Virus record (IMG/VR): IMGVR_UViG_2537561670_000003
Span: 1 to 43,311 of that record
Length of the DNA stretch: 43,311 nt
Direction: 5' to 3' (one strand)
DNA from: a virus
Lineage: Duplodnaviria > Heunggongvirae > Uroviricota > Caudoviricetes
Positions 1-8,426 of the stretch are shown here, piece after piece (position 1 is the stretch's first letter; the number at the start of each line of letters is the position of its first letter). Position numbers and translations under genes: made by a program. The notes below the pieces were generated by a model. It searched no databases. It was not told the DNA's origin and saw only the letters and a list, made by a program, of their open reading frames with translations.

Positions 1-390
1 TCACATCACCGGGCAGTCATCAAACTCCGCATTCCTGGCATCATTAATGATGTACGTGATCACTCCAAATATAGCGGGTGCAGAACTGTAACCATCATCA
101 TCTGCTGGCAGCGCTTCCCTTCTCCCGTTATCCAGATTAACCAGGTGCGGCTGAGGATGAGTCCGATATCGCTTGATCCTGAATTCCCCGTCGATTGCAC
201 ATATCAGCAGTGAACCATCGCAGGCAGTAAGTGACGCATCCACAACAAGCAACGCTCCCTGGATTATCCCTTCCCTGAAATGTGAACGCGATGCCCGCAT
301 GAAATAAGTCGCTGCGGGCTGACTGATTAGCTGCTGATCGAGGGAGATTCGTGTTTCAACATAATCTGCCGCAGGTGAAGGAAATCCCAT
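1..390 (-). CDS. UmuD'-like S24-family protein (UmuD homolog beginning at the equivalent of the UmuD' N-terminus)
   Basis: Translation MGFPSPAADYVE...EFRIKRY aligns with E. coli UmuD from its Gly25 cleavage product onward (recalled sequence). ATG at 388-390 has a GAGGG Shine-Dalgarno 7 nt upstream. The longer TTG-initiated ORF to 462 has no UmuD-like N-terminal arm and would cover the LexA-like box. Stop at 1-3. Confidence 0.6.
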   Translation of the reverse strand: MGFPSPAADYVETRISLDQQLISQPAATYFMRASRSHFREGIIQGALLVVDASLTACDGSLLICAIDGEFRIKRYRTHPQPHLVNLDNGRREALPADDDGYSSAPAIFGVITYIINDARNAEFDDCPVM

Positions 391-435
391 GTTTACGCCC
401 TCTCTTGAATACCGGATAAAAACACAGTATAAATA

Positions 436-451
436 CTGTATATCCATCCAG
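436..451. promoter_or_regulatory. Putative LexA (SOS) box CTGTATATCCATCCAG between divergent umuD'-like and dinI-like genes
   Basis: Fits CTGT-N8-ACAG with the CTG...CAG core intact. Lies about 18 nt upstream of the dinI-like ATG and about 45 nt upstream of the umuD'-like ATG. Confidence 0.45.
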
Positions 452-468
452 CAAAGAGGCAATGAGCA

Positions 469-711
469 ATGTTCGTGGAACTCGTTTATGACAAAAGGAA
501 TTTTGATGGTCTGCCCGGTGCAAAAGATATCATTCTGGGCGAGTTAACTAAGAGAGTTCACCGGATCTTCCCCGATGCTGATGTTCGGGTTAAACCGATG
601 ATGACACTGCCGGCGATCAACACTGACGCCAGCAAGCATGAGAAGGAACAGATAAGCCGTACTGTTCAGGAAATGTTTGAAGAGGCTGAATTCTGGTTAG
701 TGAGTGAGTAA
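469..711 (+). CDS. DinI-family DNA-damage-inducible protein
   Basis: 80 aa. Matches E. coli DinI in length and pattern (recalled): ...FPD...ISR.VQE..EEAEFWLVSE versus DinI ...FPD...ISEILQETWESADDWFVSE. AGAGG SD 9 nt upstream of ATG. Confidence 0.75.
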   Translation: MFVELVYDKRNFDGLPGAKDIILGELTKRVHRIFPDADVRVKPMMTLPAINTDASKHEKEQISRTVQEMFEEAEFWLVSE

Positions 712-765
712 AGATTTTCAATGCCCGCCACAGTTACGTATTGATTATGCTGTGGAGGATATTCA

Positions 766-791
766 TTTTCGTAAACGTTGGTTTGGGAGAA
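766..791. repeat. hix/gix-like 26-bp invertase recombination site (copy B, read on minus strand TTCTCCCAAACC-AA-CGTTTACGAAAA)
   Basis: Inverted copy of the site at 2581-2606: identical 12-bp left half plus AA core. Resembles Hin hixL TTCTTGAAAACCAAGGTTTTTGATAA (recalled). Confidence 0.55.
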
Positions 792-1127
792 GCGGCAAAA
801 CGGAATGTGGGAACAGGGGAAAATCAGATACCAGATATGTCTGCATTTCCATCTGGCAATAACTGGTTTCAGTTACCAAGTGGACATATCGTTCAGATAT
901 TTTCCATGAACGTTCTTGGTGCAGATGCTAATGGCACGTCAGCTAATTACCCCATTGCTTTTCCAACAACGATGATTGCTGTCAGTGCTCTATGGTCTGA
1001 TGGGACTGTAGCAAATGCACCGACATACAAGATGATGGGGAACACGACTAACAGAACAACTTTGACGATAAAAGTATCAGCCAGCTCAGGTACTTACGGG
1101 ACAATGATTATTGCGGTGGGACGATAA
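780..1127 (+). CDS. Alternative tail-fibre C-terminal cassette (Sv'-like), promoterless and start-less in this orientation
   Basis: ORF 741..1127 carries the NxGLGE junction motif at the hix-like site. Inversion would fuse it in frame to the constant part of the fibre gene (checked codon by codon). Confidence 0.5.
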   Translation, partial: GLGEAAKRNVGTGENQIPDMSAFPSGNNWFQLPSGHIVQIFSMNVLGADANGTSANYPIAFPTTMIAVSALWSDGTVANAPTYKMMGNTTNRTTLTIKVSASSGTYGTMIIAVGR

Positions 1128-1128
1128 T

Positions 1129-1572
1129 ATGAATAAATACAGTTACTCTCCTTCAGAAAATGCCTTTTATGCTGTTGCGTTAAAAAATACCTATGAATTG
1201 AGTGGCACATGGCCAGCTGATGCATTAGATATTCCTGATGACATTTCTGTAAAATATATGGCGGAACCGCCACAAGGGAAAATCCGAGTTGCAGGGGAAA
1301 ATGGTTTTCCCACATGGGCTGAAATACCTCCACCATCACATGAGGAACTTATTGAACAGGCCGAATCAGAGAGGCAATTATTGATTAACCAGGCCAACGA
1401 ATACATGAACAGTAAACAATGGCCCGGTAAAGCCGCTATTGGTCGTCTGAAAGGCGAGGAACTGGCACAATATAATTCGTGGCTGGATTATCTGGACGCA
1501 CTGGAACTGGTCGATACTTCCGGTACGCCCGATATTGAATGGCCTACGCCTCCGGCAGTTCAGGCCAGATGA
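1129..1572 (+). CDS. Tail fibre assembly protein (Tfa'/U'-like), paired with the alternative fibre cassette
   Basis: C-terminal motif WLDYLDALELVDTSGTPDIEWPTPP is typical of Tfa chaperones. ATG at 1129 follows the Sv' stop. Convergent with and overlapping the other tfa. Confidence 0.7.
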   Translation: MNKYSYSPSENAFYAVALKNTYELSGTWPADALDIPDDISVKYMAEPPQGKIRVAGENGFPTWAEIPPPSHEELIEQAESERQLLINQANEYMNSKQWPGKAAIGRLKGEELAQYNSWLDYLDALELVDTSGTPDIEWPTPPAVQAR

Positions 1573-2137
1573 CATCCGGCGCGGTGCTGGTATCTGTTGC
1601 AGTCACCGCGTCAATGTAATCCAGCACGGCGTTAAGTCGGGTTGTTTCTGCCTGAGTCAGTTTCCGTCCGGCCTGTAATTTCAGCTGAATCAGACTAATG
1701 GAAGCCATTGCTGCATCAATCAGTGATTGGCGCTGTGCTTCTGCCGCTTCTACTGAGGCACCGTGTTGTGCCTCAGTATCTGTCACCCATTTCTCACCAT
1801 CCCATTTATCATATGGCGTTAACGGTGAAAGCGTGACATAACCGTTTTTGATGGCACCGATATAATCCACTGTAACAGCTGCGCCATTTTCGATTGAGTA
1901 AACAGTCTCATTGCGATGGTCTTCCTCATGGCTCCATCCCTTACCTGTAAATACTGCCACTCTTCCCGGAATGTTTTCGTCCGGGTCAATACCAGTGGAA
2001 CAGGCGGGCATACTTACGCCAGTATTAATATATTCATCAGACCAGCCCGTATATTCAGACGTTACTGCATCATAATAAAAACAACGCATATCACCCGGCA
2101 CTGCAGCCAGCCCATTTTCATCAAAAACAGGTTTCAT
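1544..2137 (-). CDS. tfa: Tail fibre assembly protein Tfa
   Basis: 197 aa. Strong resemblance to lambda Tfa (recalled), including the C-terminal ...LDYIDAV..TDTSTAPDVIWPELP. Start overlaps the fibre stop (TAATG). Confidence 0.8.
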   Translation of the reverse strand: MKPVFDENGLAAVPGDMRCFYYDAVTSEYTGWSDEYINTGVSMPACSTGIDPDENIPGRVAVFTGKGWSHEEDHRNETVYSIENGAAVTVDYIGAIKNGYVTLSPLTPYDKWDGEKWVTDTEAQHGASVEAAEAQRQSLIDAAMASISLIQLKLQAGRKLTQAETTRLNAVLDYIDAVTATDTSTAPDVIWPELPEA

Positions 2138-3069
2138 TATTTAGCCCTCACCAGAAAGTTAAATGCAATATTTCGCGGTCTGACAGCAACAAAATTCACA
2201 CCATCACCCACAGAGTTACTGTTGAAATTAAATCGTGAAAATCCTGGCTGATTTCCGGCGATGCCATCATGAAAGTTAATTGCGTGTCCAGCACCTCCGC
2301 CTATATTCCCGGCAAACTGAGAAAAGTTTGTAGCTTCCTGCCAGCTTAATAATTCGCGACCACCATCTGCACCTCGCCCGTCATCCCAGACACGAATGAA
2401 ATCACCGCGGGCTTCAGGTAATACCAGCGAAGGAAACACTTTCGCCAGCACAGGATAATCAGTGGCAGAGAATTTCGCGCCGTTGAACTTCAAAAACACC
2501 ATACTGGACCAGCTGTCGATTACAGTATTTGGCATTGCAGCGGACGGCCAGAAGAACGGAACGCCAATAGCTGGAGAACCTTCTCCCAAACCAAGGTTTG
2601 TGCGAGCGTCTGCGGCATTCGTTGCGCCGGTTCCGCCGTCTGCGACAGTAACCGCACCGTTGCTCCCTTTCTGCGCAAGTTTACCGATGCCTGGGATGGT
2701 TACGGCGGTGCCGTTGATGGTAACTGTGATGCTTTGGTTTGCTGAGGTGGTGGCGAACGTCTCCCACGCGCCAATATTCTCGTCGTACTCTTTGATGAGC
2801 TGTGACATGGCCTGCGCCAGGCCGTCGACTGAGATATTGTCCGACACAAGGATTCCATACTTCTGGCCGCTCAGCGCCGGGGAAACTGCTGGCGTAACCG
2901 TCATTGACGTGGCGCTGTTCACGGATGAAATCTGAAACAGCTGCACCGGGTTAGACATCACGATAATCGTCTGGCCAGCGCGGACCTGGCTGGCGGGAGC
3001 TGTCCAGTTTGTGCCGGAGCCGGTTGCGGTATTTCCGTTAATAGAGATAGTTCCGGTGCTATAAATCAT
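2137..3069 (-). CDS. stf: Side tail fibre protein, C-terminal portion (Stf-like), currently expressed variable domain
   Basis: 310 aa. C-terminal ...NIAFNFLVRAK resembles the lambda Stf C-terminus. Contains the ARTNLGLGE junction at the hix-like site. Frame is open upstream of the Met without an ATG, suggesting truncation. Confidence 0.7.
   Translation of the reverse strand: MIYSTGTISINGNTATGSGTNWTAPASQVRAGQTIIVMSNPVQLFQISSVNSATSMTVTPAVSPALSGQKYGILVSDNISVDGLAQAMSQLIKEYDENIGAWETFATTSANQSITVTINGTAVTIPGIGKLAQKGSNGAVTVADGGTGATNAADARTNLGLGEGSPAIGVPFFWPSAAMPNTVIDSWSSMVFLKFNGAKFSATDYPVLAKVFPSLVLPEARGDFIRVWDDGRGADGGRELLSWQEATNFSQFAGNIGGGAGHAINFHDGIAGNQPGFSRFNFNSNSVGDGVNFVAVRPRNIAFNFLVRAK
2581..2606. 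repeat. hix/gix-like 26-bp invertase recombination site (copy A, TTCTCCCAAACC-AA-GGTTTGTGCGAG)
   Basis: Imperfect palindrome with 2-bp AA core, inside the tail fibre coding sequence at the NLGLGE codons. Confidence 0.55.
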
Positions 3070-3385
3070 AACAACTCCTAAATTTAGACAACATGAAGCC
3101 CGGAGAGGTATATAACCCTCACCAGAAATAATTTCTGAATTGGTTTTTAATACATGTTGGGCAACGCCAGTGTTGGCATAGCTATAGTTGTATCAAATGC
3201 CATTGACCACCCACCCAAATAATAATTGCCGACTACTTTATTCCTTTCTGCTCTGACATTCCCACCTGTCATTACAATTCCTTTATACCTAATATTTCCG
3301 TAACCACCAACGTGTCGACAGTTAGCCCCGGTATAAACAATCTGGCAAAATTCATCACCAATATTCAGGTTCGCATTGGCGATAT

Positions 3386-3493
3386 TTATTGTCCCATCAA
3401 AAATGAATGGCTTCGTGCAAGTAAGAAGACGTTTGCGTTGACGATTGGTTTATTCAATCCATCAACTAAAATATCATGTAAACGAATTGCCAT
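3386..3493 (-). pseudogene. Remnant of side tail fibre N-terminus (stf 5' end), interrupted after 35 codons
   Basis: Minus-strand translation MAIRLHDILVDGLNKPIVNANVFLLARSHSF resembles the lambda Stf N-terminus MAVKISGVLKDGTGKPVQNCTIQLKARRN (recalled). Followed by stops and frame changes before the 2137..3069 ORF. Confidence 0.35.
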
Positions 3494-3574
3494 AACATTT
3501 CCCACTTTATTTTACTTACTCAACACAACAAGTATATTAAAATTGAACCTTGTCAACAACACAAAGGAGTCCCA

Positions 3575-3808
3575 ATGAAACTCGCTCTAATTATGCTGCC
3601 ATTATGTCTGTCCCTCACTGCATGTGGTAATGGTTTAAATACCGGTAAACCAAATTCCGGTGTCATTCCAAAACCTTTGGATCGAGATGGTAACGGTTCT
3701 TTAATTTATGATACCGAAAACCTTCCAATGACGGGGCAGTGGTGTCACGAGATTGATCACGAATACCGACGAATCGGTAGCCCTTCTAACTGTGTTATAG
3801 ACTACTAA
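3575..3808 (+). CDS. Small lipoprotein (signal peptide plus lipobox LTAC), probable moron
   Basis: MKLALIMLPLCLSLTAC... with perfect AAGGAG SD 6 nt upstream. Opposite strand to the tail operon, in an AT-rich stretch. Confidence 0.6.
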   Translation: MKLALIMLPLCLSLTACGNGLNTGKPNSGVIPKPLDRDGNGSLIYDTENLPMTGQWCHEIDHEYRRIGSPSNCVIDY

Positions 3809-3810
3809 AT

Positions 3811-3836
3811 ATTAACCCCTCAAAAGAGGGGTTAAT
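3811..3836. terminator. Bidirectional hairpin terminator between lipoprotein gene and J
   Basis: Perfect 11-bp stem ATTAACCCCTC-AAAA-GAGGGGTTAAT flanked by A/T runs, between convergent stop codons. Confidence 0.45.
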
Positions 3837-3839
3837 ATT

Positions 3840-6800
3840 TTAACCTGTGAATGAACCAGATCCGTGTGATACTATGATAGTAGGCGAAGAAATTGACGCA
3901 CCCCTGTTATTTTGAGCGGACACTTTAATACGCACTGTTACGTTTGGACCTGTTACAACCGCAGAATGCATGATAAGTCTCTCCATGTCTTGCACGGATG
4001 AACCACTCTCATTGCCGTTAATGTCGATTGTTCCTGCACCATTACCTTTAACGTTTGCTATAACACAGACGTGTCTTGCGTGCCCAGAACTGGATGAATC
4101 ATTATAAGTCATTACCTTTTCTAAATATCCGTCACTAGACCGACTCACATTCGTCCCTGTGTGCATATTTGCAATGTCCCCGATAAAACTTTGGGCTTCC
4201 ACAGTCCCTTTGAATTTACCGCTTGTTGCTTGGATCTCACCAGTAAAGCTACCGCCACTAGCATATACTACACCTCTGACGGTCACATTGTTGAATTCAG
4301 CATCTCCAGCTTTATTCAACTTCCAACCAGCAGAACCAGCTGCATAGTTGTTGGACTGGATATAGTTACCGATTTTTGCGTTCTCAATGGTGCCGTCCTG
4401 GATGAAGCTGGCCCGGATGAATGTCTGCCCGTTCTGGATCACGAACGGCAAAGCTACGCTATTTCCGGCTGCCGTGGTGACGGCGAAGCGGTCAGCCAGG
4501 AAGATAACCTGCGACTGCATGCCGGATGGCGTATTCTCCACGCCGATACCCATCCCCGCGGCGTAATACTGCCCGTTGCTGGAGACACCAACCTTGATGT
4601 TGTACATCGCGCTGAGTTCGCCATTAACGTTGGCTATAGCCTGAGCGTTAGTGGTGATGGCGGAGGTATGCCCGTTCACGGTCGCCGTGATGCCGTTTAT
4701 CTGCGTGGCGGTGGCCTGCTGATAGTCGGAGAGCGTCTGATTCAGGCTGTTGATGGATGCCTTGTTGCCGTTGACGTCCGTCTGCAGGCTCAGCAATGAA
4801 CGTGCTGTGGCTTCCTTCTCACTGACGATCACCTCGTCGAGACGGTCCAGATTCGCGCTGTTGCCGGCGACCGATGCAGAAAGGGTTTTACGCGTGGCCA
4901 CCTGAGCGAGGTTGGCCTGGATTATCGCAATTGCAGAGTTCTTCACCCCGCCCGTCATGCCGTCCATAGAAACGCTGATGTTGTCGATTCGCTGGCCCAG
5001 GGCGGTATCAGCCGTCGCAACGGTCTGCTCAAGCTGACTGAGTGAAGACGAAACATTCCCGACCGTGCTGGAAAGCTCATTAACGCTGGTCTGAACCTTC
5101 CCGACGTCCTGGGCATTTTTGGCGATATCTTTCGCTTGCTGCTCCAGTTCGTCGTTGGCCTGTTTGATATCGTTAGCCATGCCAGCAATTTTTTCGTTGC
5201 TGTCCACCGCGTTCTCGATCAGGTCTTTGAACGTTTCCGACTCTTTCATATCCTCCAGAATGTCATTAGTTATTTCGCTGACATCTATCGAGGACGTGCC
5301 CATGATCCAGTCGGTCCAGTCCCCGGCGTTACCGATACGGTCAATCAGGCGCGCGCGGTACCACTGGCGAACGCCGGCAGGCATGGGGCCATGCTGATAA
5401 TCTGCAGCCGGGTACGGCACCAGGACCAGCAGTTCAGGATTGGCGTAGTCGGCAGTTGTGGCGCGCTGAATCTCTGTATAGGCCGTGTCGCCTGAGCCAT
5501 CCGGAAATTTCCAGGTCAGGTCGATATGCCAGACCACATCTTCGGTCGCCAGGAAGTTGAGCGGAGTACCCGGTTTTCCCGTTTTACCGGAGAGATAAGT
5601 TGTTTCACCGTATCCCCATGGTGACGACGTATCCTGCGCATTCAGCGCCCGTACGCGCACGTCATAGCTGCCCGAATAAATGCCCTGAACCGAGAAACCC
5701 TGCGCGCTGGTAACCGGAACGTTTATCCAGTCCCCGTTGTCCTTACGCCACTGGGCAACATACCGGATTGCGCCCTCTACCTTATCCCATGACACGTCCA
5801 GGCTTGCTACAGTCAGCCCCTGAGACACATGATCGCTCTCAGTCACCACGATATTCTTCGGAGCAGACAGGACGCTTATCGGCGTGACGGTGATCGGGGG
5901 AGACTCGACCCGAACGCCGTCATCGATGTAACGATATTTGTTTGGATCGTGCTGAACGGCCGTAATAGTGAAACCGCCTGTACTGTCGTCGTTAGCCGCG
6001 ATTGAGGTGACCCTGAAGTACTGTATTGCGAGGTTATCACTGTCTATCGCCCAAACAGCGCCCGCCACAGGAACCTGACTGAATGCCGTAGCCACCGTCA
6101 CCGTTTTTTTATCGGCGCTCACCGCGCTGATTGTCCGCGTCTGGGCTTTTCCGTCGGGAAGGTTAACCACCAGCCGGTCTTTCGCCGCGTAGTCTATTTC
6201 TCGATCGAGGGTAATTTGGCGGCCGTTGGCCGCGCTTATACGGCCCCCGTTCTCCTTACCAGAGCGGAAAGGATCGGCGACACCGATAATTTCAGCGGGC
6301 AAAGGGATATAACCGTCCAGCCCCACGCCAAACGATACGGTCCCGTCTTTGGCATTGGAGAGCAATACCCAGCGACCGCGTCGGTGCGCTTCACTTTGCG
6401 AGGTGCAGCCGATTGCGGTCAGGGACGTCTGCCGGACGTCGTAACGTTCTACAAGCGCCGAATCGTAAACCCCCTCAACGGTATCGCTGTAATGGTTCTG
6501 CGGATCGGACCAGGACACCAGGCAGGAGCTGTAGCGATTCTTGTATGAGCCGCCCGCATAAGTAAACAGCCCATCGATAACGTTTGAGACGTTATAAACC
6601 CAGTCAACATCGTCCTGCGGGACGTCTGCCTGGACATAAATCTGATCGTTTCCCCAGAACGTTATTCCACGAAATACCGCGGCGAGATCGTTAAGTACCT
6701 GCCAGGCGTCCTCCTGGCTCTGAATGAAAACGTTGCAGGTGAAACGCGGTTCGGTGCCACCGGCCCCGTCGGAAACCATTTCGTCACAGTACTGGGCGAT

Positions 6801-7766
6801 TGAATACAGCGCCCACTTATCCACCATGGACGCATCCACGCGCGTGCCCATGCCGTAAATTTCATCCAGAACCAGATCGTAAAAGATCCAGGCAGGGTTA
6901 TTGGACCATGCCATTTTGAACCCGCCGGACCATGAACCAGAATAGGTTCGGGTTTTCGGATCGTAATTATCCGGAACCTTAATCAGCTTGCCTTTTATCT
7001 TACAGGTCACTTTCGGCGCGCTGCCGTTGAATTGGCTGCTGTCCACTTCGACATACAGGAGCGCTGTTAAAGGATAACGAAGCTTGCTGTCGATGACTTC
7101 CGCATACGAAAACACCTTGAAGGCGTTAACCAGTTTCGAATTTGATCCGCTGGCATCAGCCGTAATACGCCTGACCCTGACAGACCAGCCGGACGTGGAT
7201 TTTGGCAGATCGATACGGTGGTCACGCTGATATTCCGTCGTGGTCTTTCCGTCAAACTTGCCGTTTACAACCGTTTTCCAGGCGCCGCCGTCCGTTGATA
7301 AATCGATCGCATACTCGGTGACCGTGCCCACCATATCGCCATTATCTTTATAGAGATACTGGACCGGAAGGCTGAGCTTGATACGGATGGCATCCAGGGA
7401 AAGGTTTGTAAACTGGCGCGTCCAGGGCGCGGTGGTGGTGACAGTTGTGCCCACGGCCAGCTCGTTGTCGACCTGGGGCATCCCGGCAATATAGGTCTGG
7501 TCCTGTGTGCCCTTGCGGAACTCCCATTTCACGCCGCTGAAGTTGTATTCCCCGCTGTCGTTTGCCAGCGGCGTATCGTTGAGAAAAATGTTCTGAGCGG
7601 TCAGGTCGCCCTGTATTTCCCCCTCAGAAACGGCAATGAGCATTTTTAATTTTGCGACCGACAGCAGATCGTCAGGCTGCTCAACCGGAGTATGTGAACT
7701 GCCACCTCCCCCTTTGGCACCCTGCAGGATGGTTTCTTGTTTAAGAAGCTGCATTTTTTCACCCAT
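3840..7766 (-). CDS. J: Tail tip / host specificity protein J (central tail fibre)
   Basis: About 1300 aa. Conserved gpJ blocks (e.g. WALYSIAQYCDEMVSDGAGGTEPRFTCN..., FTITAVQH) compared with lambda J (recalled). Divergent C-terminal receptor-binding end. Alternative start at 7754 has better SD spacing. Confidence 0.9.
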   Translation of the reverse strand: MGEKMQLLKQETILQGAKGGGGSSHTPVEQPDDLLSVAKLKMLIAVSEGEIQGDLTAQNIFLNDTPLANDSGEYNFSGVKWEFRKGTQDQTYIAGMPQVDNELAVGTTVTTTAPWTRQFTNLSLDAIRIKLSLPVQYLYKDNGDMVGTVTEYAIDLSTDGGAWKTVVNGKFDGKTTTEYQRDHRIDLPKSTSGWSVRVRRITADASGSNSKLVNAFKVFSYAEVIDSKLRYPLTALLYVEVDSSQFNGSAPKVTCKIKGKLIKVPDNYDPKTRTYSGSWSGGFKMAWSNNPAWIFYDLVLDEIYGMGTRVDASMVDKWALYSIAQYCDEMVSDGAGGTEPRFTCNVFIQSQEDAWQVLNDLAAVFRGITFWGNDQIYVQADVPQDDVDWVYNVSNVIDGLFTYAGGSYKNRYSSCLVSWSDPQNHYSDTVEGVYDSALVERYDVRQTSLTAIGCTSQSEAHRRGRWVLLSNAKDGTVSFGVGLDGYIPLPAEIIGVADPFRSGKENGGRISAANGRQITLDREIDYAAKDRLVVNLPDGKAQTRTISAVSADKKTVTVATAFSQVPVAGAVWAIDSDNLAIQYFRVTSIAANDDSTGGFTITAVQHDPNKYRYIDDGVRVESPPITVTPISVLSAPKNIVVTESDHVSQGLTVASLDVSWDKVEGAIRYVAQWRKDNGDWINVPVTSAQGFSVQGIYSGSYDVRVRALNAQDTSSPWGYGETTYLSGKTGKPGTPLNFLATEDVVWHIDLTWKFPDGSGDTAYTEIQRATTADYANPELLVLVPYPAADYQHGPMPAGVRQWYRARLIDRIGNAGDWTDWIMGTSSIDVSEITNDILEDMKESETFKDLIENAVDSNEKIAGMANDIKQANDELEQQAKDIAKNAQDVGKVQTSVNELSSTVGNVSSSLSQLEQTVATADTALGQRIDNISVSMDGMTGGVKNSAIAIIQANLAQVATRKTLSASVAGNSANLDRLDEVIVSEKEATARSLLSLQTDVNGNKASINSLNQTLSDYQQATATQINGITATVNGHTSAITTNAQAIANVNGELSAMYNIKVGVSSNGQYYAAGMGIGVENTPSGMQSQVIFLADRFAVTTAAGNSVALPFVIQNGQTFIRASFIQDGTIENAKIGNYIQSNNYAAGSAGWKLNKAGDAEFNNVTVRGVVYASGGSFTGEIQATSGKFKGTVEAQSFIGDIANMHTGTNVSRSSDGYLEKVMTYNDSSSSGHARHVCVIANVKGNGAGTIDINGNESGSSVQDMERLIMHSAVVTGPNVTVRIKVSAQNNRGASISSPTIIVSHGSGSFTG

Positions 7767-7770
7767 AAAA

Positions 7771-7790
7771 AAAGGTGCCGAAGCACCTTT
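7771..7790 (-). promoter_or_regulatory. Hairpin (8-bp stem, CGAA-type loop) followed by U-run immediately upstream of J start codon
   Basis: Minus-strand RNA reads AAAGGUGCUUCGGCACCUUU then UUUUUUAUG. Sits between the I stop and the J start. Confidence 0.3.
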
Positions 7791-7808
7791 AAGTTAGTGG
7801 CCGCTGGC

Positions 7809-8426
7809 CTACTGCTGATCGCTCGAGTACATACCGGCGCTGACTATCGCTCCCCCTGCCTCAGTCAGACCGTAGGCCAGGGGGACAGGATGCCCCATAG
7901 CGACGGTATTGACCGGCGCCCCGAAGGCGTAGTTAGGCGTGTTGTCCGTGCTGGAGGATTTACCCGCGCCGAAGGATGGCTGGGGCGTGAGCATCTGGAC
8001 AACGCCCCCCAGCATCATCGACACTCCGACCCCTGTCAGAATTGACGTGGCGCTGATAGCTGTTGCACTCATCGCCGCGCCCCAGGCTGCCATGCTCGCA
8101 CCAGCGGTAAAGAATGCAGCGACCAGCGCAACAGCCCCGACAACTATCTGCAGGACGCCCGAACTTTTGGCCCCCTCATAAACGGGCACGATCCGGTACA
8201 CGCTTCCACCGCGGGTCATATCAAACTCTTCCAGCCCGATATTGTTGCCACCGTTAAAAAAGGCGAAACGGATCCCCTTCATATGAGCTTCAGACATATA
8301 TTTTTTGAATCCGGGAACCTGTGAACACATGGCCCTGAGCATCTCGCGCAGGTCGGCAACATCAAACTGAACGCGTTTACCGAATTTTTTTGCCATTTTA
8401 CCTTCGAGAATAAGCGTCTTAACCAT
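7809..8426 (-). CDS. I: Tail assembly protein I
   Basis: Resembles lambda gpI, including the Gly/Ala-rich block GAKSSGVLQIVVGAVALVAAFFTAGA. Start chosen at MVKTL to limit overlap with K. Confidence 0.8.
   Translation of the reverse strand: MVKTLILEGKMAKKFGKRVQFDVADLREMLRAMCSQVPGFKKYMSEAHMKGIRFAFFNGGNNIGLEEFDMTRGGSVYRIVPVYEGAKSSGVLQIVVGAVALVAAFFTAGASMAAWGAAMSATAISATSILTGVGVSMMLGGVVQMLTPQPSFGAGKSSSTDNTPNYAFGAPVNTVAMGHPVPLAYGLTEAGGAIVSAGMYSSDQQ

Larger units (their letters stand above)
780..2593. mobile_element. Putative site-specific invertible segment (Mu G / P1 C / e14 P-like) carrying Sv-U and U'-Sv'
   Basis: Bounded by inverted 26-bp hix-like sites with identical AA cores. Contents are two convergent tfa genes and two alternative fibre C-termini. 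Confidence 0.5.

Noticed and set aside
1-462. Longer 153-aa version of the UmuD-like ORF starting at a TTG at 462
   Set aside because: The extra 24 residues (MPLCWMDIQYLYCVFIRYSREGVN) show no similarity to the UmuD N-terminal arm, have no RBS and would overlap the LexA-like box; the ATG at 390 with a GAGGG SD is preferred.
3312-3578. 88-aa plus-strand ORF in the AT-rich region upstream of the lipoprotein gene
   Set aside because: Low-complexity AT-rich translation with no RBS; it overlaps the opposite-strand stf N-terminal remnant and its own stop overlaps the lipoprotein start.
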